DNA of 63,466 nucleotides, the filler included. It is 22 parts of 22 records of this genome, joined end to end, with 100 filler letters (N's around TTAATTAATTAA, not from the genome) between each part and the next. Parts side by side here need not be neighbours in the genome. Positions count along the whole stretch, not along the records: positions 12,609 to 14,662 come from SRR16133337_36857; positions 14,763 to 17,645 come from SRR16133337_37239; positions 17,746 to 20,020 come from SRR16133337_37753; positions 20,121 to 22,142 come from SRR16133337_37865; positions 22,243 to 25,476 come from SRR16133337_38150; positions 25,577 to 27,625 come from SRR16133337_38430; positions 27,726 to 29,768 come from SRR16133337_38433; 15 more parts are not named here. The stretch is one strand, 5' to 3'. The notes beneath the pieces were generated by a model that made no database searches, was not told the origin of the DNA, and saw only the letters and a list, made by a program, of their open reading frames with translations. Shown here piece by piece: positions 13,946 to 27,982 of the stretch (within the stretch, counting starts at the first letter, position 1; the number at the start of each line of letters is the position of its first letter). A program made the translations under genes and the position numbers.

Positions 13946-14426
13946 AGGGATTCTATATTTTCAAAACTTGAGAGATGTGAGTGGTGTTTTTCGTTGGTGG
14001 GTGTTATATCGCGAAATTTTACAGTTAAAAATGTGGGAAAATCTTTGAAATTTCAGAAATGCATTTTGATGCACGAAACGTGATTTCAATTCTGTTTGCT
14101 ACAAAATTTACACGCAAAATATGTCAGTTAAATTTGTACAGAACCGACACATCGTGACAGACACTTACGTAAAGATAAATCGAAATACTTGCAGTTTTAT
14201 ATTAATTTTCAAACTTTATAAGATGTGAAACAGAGTGGAAAATGCAAAACAAAGCACAAAACTCAAAACATGAACGCCACATATTGAAATTGAAAAGGAG
14301 AGGATGTGTGTACGAGATTATTTTCTACGATGTAGTGAGTCAATCCATGGAAAAGATTAATGGTGAGCCCATATAAAAAATCGATGGAAATGTATCTATT
14401 CACCCGTATTCATATATATGTTTTAG

Positions 14427-14602
14427 GAACTCGTGACTACAGTTCAATGCTCGCTGTTGTTGATATGCTCGATTTTAGCAGATCAATGGTTGACCAAAAC
14501 AAAACACGTTCGAATAATTGTTTTCTGAGATGGGCCGATGATTTGTTAGTTGATTTATGCGACACTGAATGTGCTGGTTATCGCCCAAACGGCCAAAAAA
14601 AT
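14427..14602 (+). CDS. Exon of a class V aminotransferase (isopenicillin N epimerase / cysteine desulfhydrase-like)
   Basis: TTTTAG|..|GTTAGT bounded exon encoding GTRDYSSMLAVVDMLDF, matching the GTRDYS..L....A.DF motif of this PLP enzyme group. Only one exon is seen. Confidence 0.5.
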
Positions 14603-17600
14603 GTTAGTAAAAACATGGAAATATATTTCATTCATATTACAGGGTATATCAATGAACCCCACNNNNNNNNNNNNNNNNNNNNNNNNNNNNNNNNNNNNNN
14701 NNNNNNTTAATTAATTAANNNNNNNNNNNNNNNNNNNNNNNNNNNNNNNNNNNNNNNNNNNNATTCATTGATATACCGTGTATTAAAGTTTTAGAATGTG
14801 AAAAAATGTGAAAAATTCCCAAACAAAATTTGTGTGTGATGTCACAAATTTGTTTTGCATTGACAATTTTAGAATGTGCGACACTGTATTGTATTATCAT
14901 CGAATATTCTTTTGACATTAGGAATGAATCACATGTTACGAAGAGCACGGGCAAAAAACATTGGTTAAAACTCATATCATTTAATACACACCATGTAGTT
15001 TTCTTGTTGCAAATACGCAAATAATTTGCTTCCATAAACAACAACATAATCTAAAAATAACAAGCCATGAAAAAAATTTGGCATTAGACACTACAATACA
15101 AAAAATATTACAAGACCCTAAATATTAAAAATATGAATTAAATAATAACCCAAACGACATTGAAAAAATGGTTTGGTAGAAGTTTGTTGTTTTGTTCGAC
15201 ATTAAACACAAAAATAAATTTTGACAACCTTGTGACAGTGCTTCTGCCATAAGGTGCTCTCTAAAATCGCGACGACTTGTTTTGACGGATTTGGTTGTCT
15301 TCATCACACGGGTATTCTAAAGCACTCCCAATAATTATTTAACACCACACAACTGGCAAAAACTTATTGAGTCTCCTCCAAACAAGAACCTGTGGCACTT
15401 CAAAACTCCAGAAAATGTATTTTCATTTTGCAAGAACGAGCAGTGAAGCAAATTAAGCTATTGAAATCGGTTGGTTGTATTTGTGAAAATGAAGATTCTA
15501 CGAGTTACGCGCATTAGGGCACACCAAAAATTTCATGAAAAATCTGTGCAGCACACGCCATTTAGTTGGTCGGCATCTTTGGAAAATTCACACCACAAAA
15601 TTTTGTAGTGCCTTTACCCCCAAAAAACATTCATAAAAAGTGTTGCTGTTTGGCCTTGAGTTTGTGCAGATGCGACACCAAAATGACAACCTGTGATGCT
15701 GCTTAAATAGCCGCTTTGAGGTAAAACTGTTGTAGTGCGTGTAATTATGGGACAAAATCAAATAATTTTGCACCGAGCTCCCCAGTCACTAAAAATATCA
15801 CAAAAAGTGGACGAAAAGAAAATTACAGGCTCAAAAGCTAGTATCAACTTTCGTCTGGTAAAACGTTGTTTCGTTCAAAACACAGCTGACAGTGTTCACA
15901 AAAGGTATTAATGCAAGAACTGAAAAAGAAAGGGGAATTCTTCCTTAGAAAGAGCTTTATGAAGACACAAGCAATTGTGTGAAATTACAGCCACAACGGA
16001 AATTCCAACCCGCATTTGGTGTTAAAAACTCGAGTAAATTGACTAATTTATTTTTCTGACCGCCAGAAGTATTTTACACCGATCATAACACTTTTCAGGG
16101 ACTGCAAAAAGGAAATATGTAAAGTTAACTGAAACTAACCATGCGGCAAAATTCTATTCAAACACCGCCCCTAAATTTCGCTATTCTACCGAATTCGGCG
16201 AAAAATAGGCGACAAAACGTTCTGTGTTTTGTGGTTTCCTACCATTAGGAAAACATAAAACCTGAAAAATTCACACCATTTTGTGAGGTAATGTAATGAA
16301 GACAAATTACTTACATTTTCTACATCTGTGAGCCGATGACGTTTCACTAAAAAACTCCGGACATTCATTGTCCCCAGGCGCCACTTCAGCGGTTGTGTGA
16401 TCATAAAACACGTAATTATGACATTACGAACGAAACAAACTGTTCTAGAAACCTAAACAAATATAAAAAATACAATTAGATGGATTTTGATAGGTGCATC
16501 CGTTAGTCTAAAAATATTTTTACACTCGAGTCGTTCTTTCGCATGTTTTCTCGTCTTGAAATGCTATATTTCGTTTTGTTGCAACTTTGAGGGAAACATG
16601 TAGTACGCAGGATATTTCACATCACTGAGGACAACACAAAAAACGTAGGGTCAATATGACTGGCTGTTACACTGAAGAAGAAAAAAAATCATCAACGACG
16701 TTTTGAAAATTCATCAATATTTTCTCACGCTTTTTAGTCAGAAAAGCACGTTACATTGCACACGCCATTTTTCTATTACACCCTTTTACAGTGAAGCCGC
16801 TAATGAAACGAAACTAAACGAAACCTTGAGTCGAATAACACGAACATATTTTTGGGATTTTTTTGGTGTGTTCCATTTAGCAAAAATTAGCCGTGCTTTA
16901 GGGTCTTAATTTGCTAAAAAGCTTGAAAACTCACAGATTTCATGGTGTAAAATGACAAGTTTCGCAAAAACGAGAGAATGCAAACAACAGACGAGTTTTC
17001 ACACTTTTGGCGGCCCAAACAAACACAGGCGGCGTAGAATTGAACATTCAGAAATTTTGAAATAAATTATGAAAAGCAATGCAGAACTTCGTATTAAATT
17101 TTTGGTGGGGATTTCACGTGGGTTTATTTGTTCGGAGAGCGGGGTTTGTGCGCTTCCAAACATCATACTTTTCACATAATCTGGAATCCATATTTGTATT
17201 TTTTGGGACTTTTATTGCCAAAACAAAGGACGCAGAATTTTCCCACGGGCTGCTGAAAAATCTTTTGTAGAGAAACAGCAAACCAAGAAGCAGTACCGCA
17301 CCACCCATTTTCGATGTTTTGGTGTGAACGTGTGGTACCCACCGCCCAATAATTCATTTCACATTGAACACGACCAAATTTTTGTCAAAAACACCAAACT
17401 TTTTTTTGTTTGTCAATTTCGCTTTCCCCCCCCGCCCCCCCAAAACTCTAAACTTTTTTTGACTGAAGGTGGTTTGCACATTCCCTCACTTTTCAATAAA
17501 AATACGAGCACATTTAATATTTTTTAATGAAAAACACTTTGTGAAAAAAGTTGCACGATTAAGCCGTGAAAAATCCACGAAAAATATTAGAATCCAAACA

Positions 17601-18339
17601 CTCCAGATTTTTGGAATTCAATTAAATTTAGTTGGTTGAGTGCCGNNNNNNNNNNNNNNNNNNNNNNNNNNNNNNNNNNNNNNNNNNNNTTAATTAATTA
17701 ANNNNNNNNNNNNNNNNNNNNNNNNNNNNNNNNNNNNNNNNNNNNATTTTCAAACTTTAAAATTGATTTTATGACAAAAAATATACATTTTCGCGAAAAA
17801 CCTTAAAAATTGTAGTACGATATATTTGTTGGGAACTTAACGGAATAAGCGCCTTCACTTTCACCACAATTTGATAAGTCCGACCCTCATTGACCACAAT
17901 TAAACGCACACTACGCGCACGACGTGGTGGCCGCAAGTTGTGGTCAGAAGTAAGCTTACACGGCGGGGGGAAATTGTGGTTGATACGGTTTCGTATTTTA
18001 AAGTGTAGTGAAGTTCATTCGAACACAGTGGTAACAGGAAACAATGTTGCCCCCCTTTGGCGGATCCAATGCCCTTGGATGATAGACATTCCTAGGACAC
18101 CACCACCACCCCACTACCCCCCTCCACACCACACACCACTACTTTCCCCACGCACACCTTTAAAAAAAACAATTTTCACTTTTGCACCGTTGAACGATGC
18201 GGGCCAGAAATTATAAAGGTTGAAAATCTTGAAGAAACAGAAATAAAAACCCATTTCTTATCAAATCCACAACGTTCAAGAGAGTTTCACCATCACGATC
18301 GATCGATCAAATCTAAAAATGAGTCCCAAATTCACTTAC

Positions 18340-18589
18340 GGATCTTCCCATCCCCACATATCATTTCCGACAGTCCGTGTATCCCCCGTCATTTCTGGAT
18401 GTGCAATAAATGACAATAAATCAACATTTTCACATTCATATTCACCGGCGTGACCATCAACACAAGCGATTGGTGCACCTCTAATCGATTTGTGACGATT
18501 TTCACATTCCGCATTTCCATGTACATTCATACAATCACTCCAACTTGCAAGTTTTTGTTGCATCATGTCAAAAATGATGGGTTCGGCCG
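18340..18589 (-). CDS. Exon of a choice-of-anchor B family-like protein
   Basis: TTCTAG|..|GTAAGT exon encoding ACVDGHAGEYECENVDLLSFIAHPEM..GNDMWGWEDP, the characteristic N-terminal motif of this family. Confidence 0.65.
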
Positions 18590-19940
18590 CTAGAAAAACA
18601 AAAAGAACGTCAGAATATAATTATATTCTTTTGGTGATTCAAGCAAATAGCTTGTTTGAAGTATGCTAACGTTTTCACAACTTCAAACTTTAAGGTTGAA
18701 ATCACGACCAAACAATAATTTTTTGCGAAAACACTTGAAAATGACTACACAATTTTACTCTAACTAGATGTATTACCAATGTTTGTTAGCTTTTCTTTTG
18801 AATCCACACCAATGAAAAATTTCATTTCACCAAGAATTTTTAATTCATGAAAAAAATGATGTTCGGGATTTTCGTTGATTCAAGAGCACTAAATCACGAT
18901 GAATTTGAGACAAAGAACAATTTTTTGTGAAAAATTTAGAAAATTATGGACACAAATTTAATATTTGGTTCATGGATTCCATAAGTCTCAATGTCGAAAT
19001 TCACTGAAATGTGAAAAATACTTACTGAGCTCCCTGCACTCGCGCAAACAATGCTTCTCCTTTGCAGCCTAAAAACCACAACAAACCAACAAGCGTGAGA
19101 CCTACAAAATGTTTTCACAACACATTTTCTCAATAGCGCCCTGTTGGCCGCAGCAAATGGCAAAATTCTCGTACACCAACACAAAAAGCGCCTCTCTTGC
19201 CTCTCACACATACCACCAAAGCAATAACAAGGAATAAAAACTTCATGCTTAGAAAGCCGCCAGTGAATTATTTTAGTTGACTGTCGTTTCTTTACCAACA
19301 ATTCCACTAGGATATGTGCACATGAAAATTTTGGTTTTTGTTGATTGAAAACAACAATTGCAATGGCTTCCGATTCTTTGACACCTTACTCGTCTCTTGA
19401 AATCAAAGATTCACGTGAGTAGTGATCATGCAGAACGTGTCGGCCTATTTTTAGAAGCGATGATGTGTCTTATTTGGGTGGGAGTGTGTGAAATCTCGTC
19501 AAAGCTTGTGCTATATTTAGTATTTCATGATCTTTACTTTCTTCGTTTTTTTTGATTTGCATTTTTGTTTTTCAAAATTGAGTATGAGTTTTTATCACCT
19601 TCAAAACTCTTTACTTTACCTAAAAATGTCAGTTGGACGGAGTGTTTGAAATCAAAATATTGTACAGTGCTATTTTTAGCATTTCAAAGAATTAAATAAA
19701 GTAGTTGCAGAAGTCGAGTACTTCACTTTTTAAGTATGTGTGATTTTCTCATACTTATTTTCCATACTCAATTTGTGGTTTCATTAAAATTCAACTTAAT
19801 TTGGACCTCATTATAATGAAACTTTTCAAAGAAATTGTGAGAGAAAAAAACGAAAATTGAGCATAGCGGATTGAGAGGTGACAACAACAACAACAACAAC
19901 AGCAAATAAACTCTTCCTTTTTTAATCATCAATACAAAGT

Positions 19941-20014
19941 ATATCAATGAAACCTCCCACTCCCACTCCCACTCGACCACACCCCTGACTCCTTCAAGAG
20001 TCTAAATTTTCAAA
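19941..20014 (-). repeat. Copy of a short dispersed repeat: TTGAA(G)-[G/T-rich core]-TT(A)TTCATTGAT
   Basis: Related full or partial copies at about 14646-14662 (-), 14763-14778 (+), 20339-20381 (+), 20925-20967 (+), 22074-22128 (+) and 35723-35774 (+). Confidence 0.6.
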
Positions 20015-23000
20015 GGGGAGNNNNNNNNNNNNNNNNNNNNNNNNNNNNNNNNNNNNNNNNNNNNTTAATTAATTAANNNNNNNNNNNNNNNNNNNNNNNN
20101 NNNNNNNNNNNNNNNNNNNNTTTTCACAAGTAAAACATCATATATTCACCGTTTTTTTGGTTGACATGAATGTAATTACCATATTTTGTATGAAATTTTG
20201 GAGAGAAAAGAGTGAAATGGTATTTTTCAAGGGGAATTTCAAGGGGTTTTTTTTCATTTTTGGAAGTGAAAGATTTTGTCGCGCAATTTTCGGAAGCTAA
20301 ACCCACTTGCTTCTTCGGTTTTTTTTTAATAAAACCCCTTGAAAGGGGTGTGTGTGGTGGTGGGATGTTCTTCATTGATATGGTTTCTACACTCCCTTAC
20401 ACAGGCAATGACGTAGAAATACAACCATTCCCTTCAGAAATGATCTTTTGTTTTGTTTGAAAAATCACGAAAAACATGTGTCTGGTACTTACTTCCTGAT
20501 GAATTTGTTACATTGGCATCATGTTCAATTTCACACGTTTTTGAATGATCACAACATGAACAATGAATAAGAGATGTTGACATTGTGGATTGTGAGAAAT
20601 TGTTTTGAAGAAATCAACGATCTGTAAACGTATACACAAAAAAGTAAAAATTAGTTGTTGCTGTGGTTAGAATTTGTGGCACCTTTTCCAGAGTTTGATT
20701 AAAATGTCGTAACTTTTTTTCATGTGAAAAACACTGTAATTCACCGAGAAAAAACTACACAGCCCATGTCAATTAATTGCTCTCTACCACATTGAGTTCT
20801 TTATTTTTTTAACAAACGAAGGTTGGGTGGGGGAATAGCGTCCCAGCCATTTTTTATGTTTTCAAAAAATACACACATGAGCGAAATGAAATTAGAGTTT
20901 CATGAAAAAATGTGAAAATAAAATTTTTGAGATTGAAATGATGCGTGAGTGGTTTATTCATTGATATAAACTGTACTTACGGGGTGTATTTACTCTAATT
21001 TTGTACCTTGGATCCTCGACACTTTTTTGCTTTATTTTGTGAGTGTCAAAAATTTTACTCTAAAATCATTTTTGAATGAAAATTCTTTGAAAATAATGTG
21101 AAAAACAGGTTTGACACTTCAAATTTTAATTCGTTTTTTTTTGTATGCTTTTGTAGAATGAACACCGTCGAAGCGAAGCAATTTTTGCTTGTTTCAATGG
21201 CTGGAAAAGGTATGTAATGAGCATGGAAATTAAAATTCATTTTGCAATTAAAAAGAAAAAATTAATTATTCATTATTAAATTTCATATTTTTTGTTCGTG
21301 TAATTTTAATAGTTTTTCAAACTACACTGAAATTTCATTTTTTACATTAAAAATACATGTAGAATTTCCGCAACATATGTAAAACACAACCCCTGTAAGC
21401 CATGAGCGGAATAAAATTTCCTTTTTTGCAAATAAGATCCTGGGTTCCGCGAAGGAAACATCAAGATTTAATTTTTGCTAGAAACGAAGAAGCCAAATTT
21501 CAAAAAATGTTTGAGAATTTTCCAGTGTGTAAAGTTTTCCTTGGTGGCTTTACACCTACGTTCCCTTTTTCCGGAATGCTTTGTATAGTGTCGATTTTCT
21601 CGTCTTGCCAAAAAAATGAAGTTAGAATTATTTATAGTTTTGTGAAAAAAGTGGAATTCAGAAATTGTCTTTGAAATTAGAGTTCCCGCCACGTTTACTT
21701 TTTTGACTCATATATTGTCTGAGAAAACACGAAACACACAACCTATGCAATTCAAAATAATGGAAGTGAACCCCCACACTTCAAAATTTGAAAAGTTTGG
21801 ATTTTTCATTTTTCAGAGCAATAACATGCATTTGTCATTTATTAAAAAAACTATTTTTTCAAACTTTTTCAAGAAATTCATGTTTTCTGTGAAATATTCT
21901 ATGAATTTCTACTAATGAATTTCTACTAATGAATTTCAATATTTTTAATTTTTTTTCTTCAAAATTCGCTGGATTTTTGCGAGAAAAAAAGATGTACTTT
22001 TCGTCAAGTAACACACCTAGTACCTCCATAGAAAATTGATATTTTCACCAACTACCACTCCGCACCTTTGCGTTTTGAAATTTTAGACTTGAAGTGTGTG
22101 GAGGTGTGTTGGTGGGTTATTCATTGATGATAATCATGTATTNNNNNNNNNNNNNNNNNNNNNNNNNNNNNNNNNNNNNNNNNNNNTTAATTAATTAANN
22201 NNNNNNNNNNNNNNNNNNNNNNNNNNNNNNNNNNNNNNNNNNATATTTTGTTGAAAGTTTCTTTGGTTTATTTTTACCTTGCAACGCGACACAAGAAATT
22301 TTGGGAAGGTGTATGTGTTAAAATCTGCCATTTGTGAAGGAAAAACATAGAAACATTAAACATATTTGCGGGATTTTAGGGGGCTTTTTTTAAAAAAACA
22401 TCCTGCATTAGGGACATTCACCAATAATTCATAAAAGTCGATCTCGATAATTTATCGATAAACACGTGTATTTTCTTCCAACCATAAGCCATTTTTATGC
22501 AGTTGTTGAAAATGAATGAGAACAATCGAGTGATTTAATAAAATATTTCAAAACAAAACACGTAGAGCTGATTTTTCTCATGACCTGAAAATATTTTAGT
22601 CTACATACTTTGTAATCGTAGTCTTTACAGTGCTCATAACAAAAATTCATAATCACTTTTGCGACATCAATGGCTCCATATTTCGCACAGTATTGCAGAG
22701 CTGTAAATCCACCCTAAAAAGAAACAAATACCGCCAAAACATCAATACGTTGTCCATGTCCTTAAAAATAGTCCCTCACAAGAAGTTTCATTTAGTTTTT
22801 CAAAGTACTGCACTTGGAAAAACAACAATGTCCACAAAACACTTAGTTCTACATGTCAAATTTTGATAAATATCACTTTCGACACATGAACTACCTACCA
22901 ACCACGCGATTTCAACGAACATCCAAATAAGTAATTTTCATTTGCCAAAATGAGAATCATATATCATAACATGCAATTTTCGCGAAATGTCACGAGAACT

Positions 23001-23488
23001 AAATGTTACGAGAACTAAATCATACTGTACAGTACAAGTTAAGATTTTGTAAAATATACTCAAATTTGTCACGTTTCATCAAACTTTTGGGTATTTGAGT
23101 TATGAATTCCTGTATGAATAGCTAGCTAGTCGCTTATTAAAAACATATGGTACGCACAAGCTTTATGCATTTTGTGTATAGACAGAGAACAACCATGCGA
23201 AACTTTACGCATGGTGGTCAATTGCTTCCCCTTTTGACGACAAAATATACCATAATTCATTGAGAACAACTCTTCTCCACTAATCTCCGTCTCTCTTTCG
23301 ATATGTAAATGAAACAAGGTCACATTCCCCCCACAAACTCACCCCTCTCCACACCCCACCGCCACAAAAACAGCTCATCTTTCCGCTCACACCCTGACAC
23401 ATTCTCTGTCGCCCTCACAAGCACCTCCAAAACATGCTGCCATTTGTCCGTACAACACAAACAGCAACCATTCCTAATCCTTTCAATA

Positions 23489-24990
23489 ATGGAAAACCAA
23501 CCTTCCTCCGCTGCCCAAATATACTCTAATCACATTCTTAAACGGCTATTTTGTTCTGGTTGACTAACCACGAGCTTCACAAACTTGACACCTACGTTTG
23601 ACATAACGTTCATTTTTCTGAAGCCACCAGCTTCGAATTGTCCAGAACTAAACAAGAAAACCACCCTTACTCATAATGTTTGGCGAAGAGGGATCGTGGA
23701 ATACTTGGAATATTCGGAGTTTTATGGAAGAATTCGATCCGTTTGAAGAGCTCAAAAAAGCTCGTCATGAAAAGAAGCATGCAATAACAATCTTAGATCT
23801 GCACCCCGGAGAGGATTATTCTACGATTTCAACCAATACCCAACACATTAATTCTCCATTTCCTAGAAGCAACCCTCCGAACGAATGGCCGTTGTACAAA
23901 GTGAGTGGAATATCGTGGTCGCTCCAGAATGTCATCTCGCACTTTTTTTAAAAAAATCTCGCATAATTATGTCGGGTCTACTGTAGATAAAAAAATGTAC
24001 TGTGTCTGAGCTTATACGCACTTAAAAACACCTAACCGATTGTGATATGCATTTTTTAGGAGATAAGAAAATGTCTCAAGTGCTTCTCAAATCTCGAGAT
24101 CCTCACATTGAATCTCATTAATATTCACTCCAAAAATGAAGAAAAGAACAAATACATCCGCAAACTTGTCAAAGAATTTGGAATCCGAAAGTTACCACTT
24201 CAAGAACTCACTCTTTACCTACCCAGTTTAACATACGAGGATGAAGAAAATGAAAATCGAAAACTCAACATGAAGTACCTAATTCCACTCAAAAAACTCG
24301 AAACTCTCAAACTCGTTGCACAATTTGATCCTGATGGAGAATCACTTACTCTACGCAATATGGATAAATTTCTTATGGCGACCCAAGAGCATCTCGGTGA
24401 ACTACATTTGTTTAATTTTTGGTACGGCCACCACACAGGACTCGACAAGTTAGACGACAATGCAGTATTTATGAATATATCAAGTTTATCTCTCGTGGCG
24501 ACAAATGTCGGTAAAAACATTGTCCCAAATCATTTTCCCGCTCTAAAGCAATTTAATTATTCCCACAACGAGCTCACTGTACGAAATAAGGATCGTCTGG
24601 ACTATTTCGATATAAAAACAGGTTTACCATGCCTCAAGACGCTCAATATATGGGATTGCGATATTGAGTATTTGATGAAAGATCTCATTATCCCTATTAA
24701 CGGAGTTCCGTGAGTACTATCTTGGCACGTGTCTGATTTTTCGCACAAATGTGCCATTTGATTTTGTAATAGCTCAATCAAATCCCACACAATTTATTTT
24801 CTAAACAGCTTTCCAAATGTAAAGTATTTAGTACATTTGGCATCAAAACCATCAATTTTTATCACTTGTGTTCACCAATGAATATTTCCCGGTTACCTTT
24901 TGGAAACACTCGTTTTTTGGACGTTATTTACGTTCTTGAAGCCCACACTGACGTTGTTTCCTCCACAAAACACTGGCAAACTCCATCCAA
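23489..24990 (+). pseudogene. F-box/leucine-rich-repeat-like gene with disruptions
   Basis: F-box-like LTHNVWRRGIVEYLEYSEFYGRIRSV ends in TGA at about 23744 and continues in another frame (EELKKAR..). Exon 24060-24709 has LRR-like units (FSNLEILTL, LKKLETLKL, FPALKQFNY, LPCLKTLNI). The exon after 24809 also appears to shift frame. Confidence 0.45.
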
Positions 24991-25579
24991 GACAGTACAA
25001 CATCTTGCGCCAAATTTGTTTGTTTTTAAATGAATTGTCGCTCACTAAAATCACTAACGGTTTGTAGCTGACACAAATTTTATTGTTTATGTATATATGT
25101 GTGTGTGCTATTTAGCCCTAGCAGTATACGAGAATTATGTGTGAGGTGCGACGATATTTTCATCGGGCAGTTGTTAAGTGCTGGATTCAAAATATGCACT
25201 TTAGACGAATATACCATGTTGGACCTCGGTAGCGAAGGAACTGTTAAAATAACGCTGCAGCACCTCTATGGACACATGTTCTGTTTTCATAGTTAATGGA
25301 CAATAGAAATCACATACACGAGAAACTGAATACCATCATGTACCGTGTAAATGTATAAGCAATCTTGTTAAATAAGTAAAAAAAAATAATCCACATGGAC
25401 ATATTGCGAATAGAGATTGTGCGTGGTTTGAATGCAAAAAACCTGGAAAAAAATTGGGGGGTGTTGGATTCTTAACNNNNNNNNNNNNNNNNNNNNNNNN
25501 NNNNNNNNNNNNNNNNNNNNTTAATTAATTAANNNNNNNNNNNNNNNNNNNNNNNNNNNNNNNNNNNNNNNNNNNNGTA

Positions 25580-27560
25580 CCTGGTAATGCTGGTGAGCTT
25601 CATCCTGATAAACACGTTCGTCCACAAGATGTCCTTGAGCGGCCATAGCCACAGCTTCTTGACTCTGAAGGCCACCACCACTCACTGTGCCACCAGCTCC
25701 TGAAGCAGCAGTCTGTTGAGCCATTGCCTGACCGGTGCCATTTGAGTATTGTGCGTTCGACGCTGGCGGCGAGTTGTAAGGCGAATTATAGCCTCTCCGT
25801 TCTGACCCTATCACCCCACGGGATTGATCTATTTACATACGTTACAAAAATCACGAGTTACAACAAAAGCATTATGCCCCAAGGTATAGAAAATAAAAAG
25901 AGAACATATGTCAATTTGAAACTAACAAATCACTTTTTTTTTGAAAACGACAAAAATCGACACTAATCGATTACACGGAAATGTTTTAGAACTATGGGAT
26001 TTCATTGAGAGTCGAATTTACAAAGTTTTGCTAACTTTTTGTTCAACTATCACCCCAACCCCACTCCCCACCCACCACCACCCCTAAAAATGTGTACATG
26101 TGTGATTTCAAGGGAGATATACCAAATACATATCGATTGGCAAATGTATGAGATTTTTCAAAGGTTTTCTACCTACAAATTGGTCAGACAAAATCAAATA
26201 AATGAAAATACTTTTTCTGCTCATTTTGACTGTCTTAAGTTTAAAATCAGCATTTAAATGAATTCTTGGACGTGACAGTAAATCAGGTACCTCTTTCCAG
26301 GAAACAGATAAGTTCGTTGAAGACGCTCATGCGACAGACGGGAAATAAACTCTAATCTGATTCCCACAAAACACACTTAAATTCGTTTAGCCAATCATTT
26401 TCATTCACTCAAACCAACTTCTGAAAAAAATACAAACTCCATGAAAAAAATTACGCACAATACATGCGGCTTTCTGATTGGTGAATATAATTTTTTGTGA
26501 TTTTAAAATAAAATGTATTATCACACACGAACTTTCCTAACAAACTTTGTCTATCCCGGTTTCCCACTTCACTTAATTTTTATCAAACAATACCAAAATC
26601 GTGCTGAAGCCGTGAAAATGAAAATGTATTGAAACGCGTGCTTTCGTGGTGAATTTTCGCCACCTGGTCCAGGAGGAAACAAATCCGAGAGAGAACAATT
26701 TTGAGGGGAAAAAATGCATACAAAAGAGTGTCTAATCGACGCAACTTTCCCGGAAACGTATGAGAGTTCATGGCGAGCAATTTACCAAATCTGTGAAAAA
26801 GTCGACCCGCAATTTTCGCGGTGATTTTAGAGTTTGTGCTTGTGGAGTTCCACAACACAACAAGAGTGAAATACTTATCACTTCAAAATTCGCTCACAAC
26901 CTGCTCTCCGGAAGGACACCCCTGTTTTTGTCAGAGCAACAACAACAATAAAAAATGACTCAACGCTTTTTCTTTTTTCACATCCCACCTGGTCGCAATA
27001 AATCACCAACTACGTCTATGAGTCGTCTGCTTAGAAACTCTTGTGCGTCCAGCCTGAGCATTTCACGGAGCGCTTTCGCGCAAAGTGAACAAGTGGTCGG
27101 TTTTCACAAAGAAAGTTTGTGGTGAATTTCTCTATGTCATGGAACAAAAGAAGTGAAGTTTAACGCTTAATTGCAATTCCAACAAAAAGTAAAACTCATT
27201 TCAAAAATGGTTCTGGATTTAAATTAAGGAAATATGCTTTTCCAGAAATTTGTCCATTGGAGCAAGGAGAATTACGCAGAGAACTGGGTCACTGGTAAAC
27301 AGCCTCGGCAGAAAGTCATGCGTATTTATGCCCTGAAAAAAACACCATACCTTGAGGGGGCACACCTCCTTGTTGACGTGGTGAATATTGTAGCCCTTGC
27401 TTGTACTCGTCAATTTCCTGTTCTCTGCTGTACATGTCAAATTGGTCCCTTGGCGACTGTGGTGGAGAAGGAGTTTTTTGAAATGGTGTCCCAGATCTCA
27501 CAATGTTGTGATTTTCACGCTGTTCATATCTCGCTGTGTCTTGATATTGTTTCTGGTCCT
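25580..27560 (-). CDS. Exons of a low-complexity Q/S/G/P-rich eukaryotic protein
   Basis: Exon-like segments 27560-27351 (DQKQYQD..PPQ) and about 25825-25580 (NSPYNSPPAS..HYQ) are GC-richer than their flanks and have splice-like borders. The full structure is not resolved. Confidence 0.4.
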
Positions 27561-27604
27561 CTAAATAACACAAAAAGACACAAAAATTATAAACATTTTC
27601 AACG

Positions 27605-27625
27605 AGATCGGAAGAGCACACGTCT
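27605..27625 (+). other. Illumina TruSeq adapter remnant
   Basis: AGATCGGAAGAGCACACGTCT at the contig end. Confidence 0.98.
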
Positions 27626-27982
27626 NNNNNNNNNNNNNNNNNNNNNNNNNNNNNNNNNNNNNNNNNNNNTTAATTAATTAANNNNNNNNNNNNNNNNNNN
27701 NNNNNNNNNNNNNNNNNNNNNNNNNATGAGATAAATGGTCAACAAATTGATAAATATACCCAGTTGAAGGAAAACCCTCCGTGTTACCATTCAACATTTT
27801 TCCACAAAAATATTCCTTTGTTCATAAATTCAGTCTTAACATGTTCCAACAAGCAAATCTGCAATCCAAACGAAAAGGTATTTTTCAATGTTCCAATTTT
27901 GATGAAAATTGCCCTGTGAAAAGATCAGTTTCAATTTTCTAAAACGTATGTGGCAACAATCAGGTATGTTATTCATACATAC

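Noticed and set aside
15230-15870. Possible decayed piggyBac-like transposase on the minus strand (DES, NSFTSKRLF, RRDFREHL fragments in the expected order)
   Set aside because: The fragments are short, in different frames and irregularly spaced. This cannot be supported without a profile search.
23561-23770. In-frame TGA codons suggesting a nuclear TGA reassignment
   Set aside because: A frameshift explains the pattern better, and long nuclear ORFs (Helitron, Sola, DIRS) have no internal TGA while the Helitron ends in TGA.
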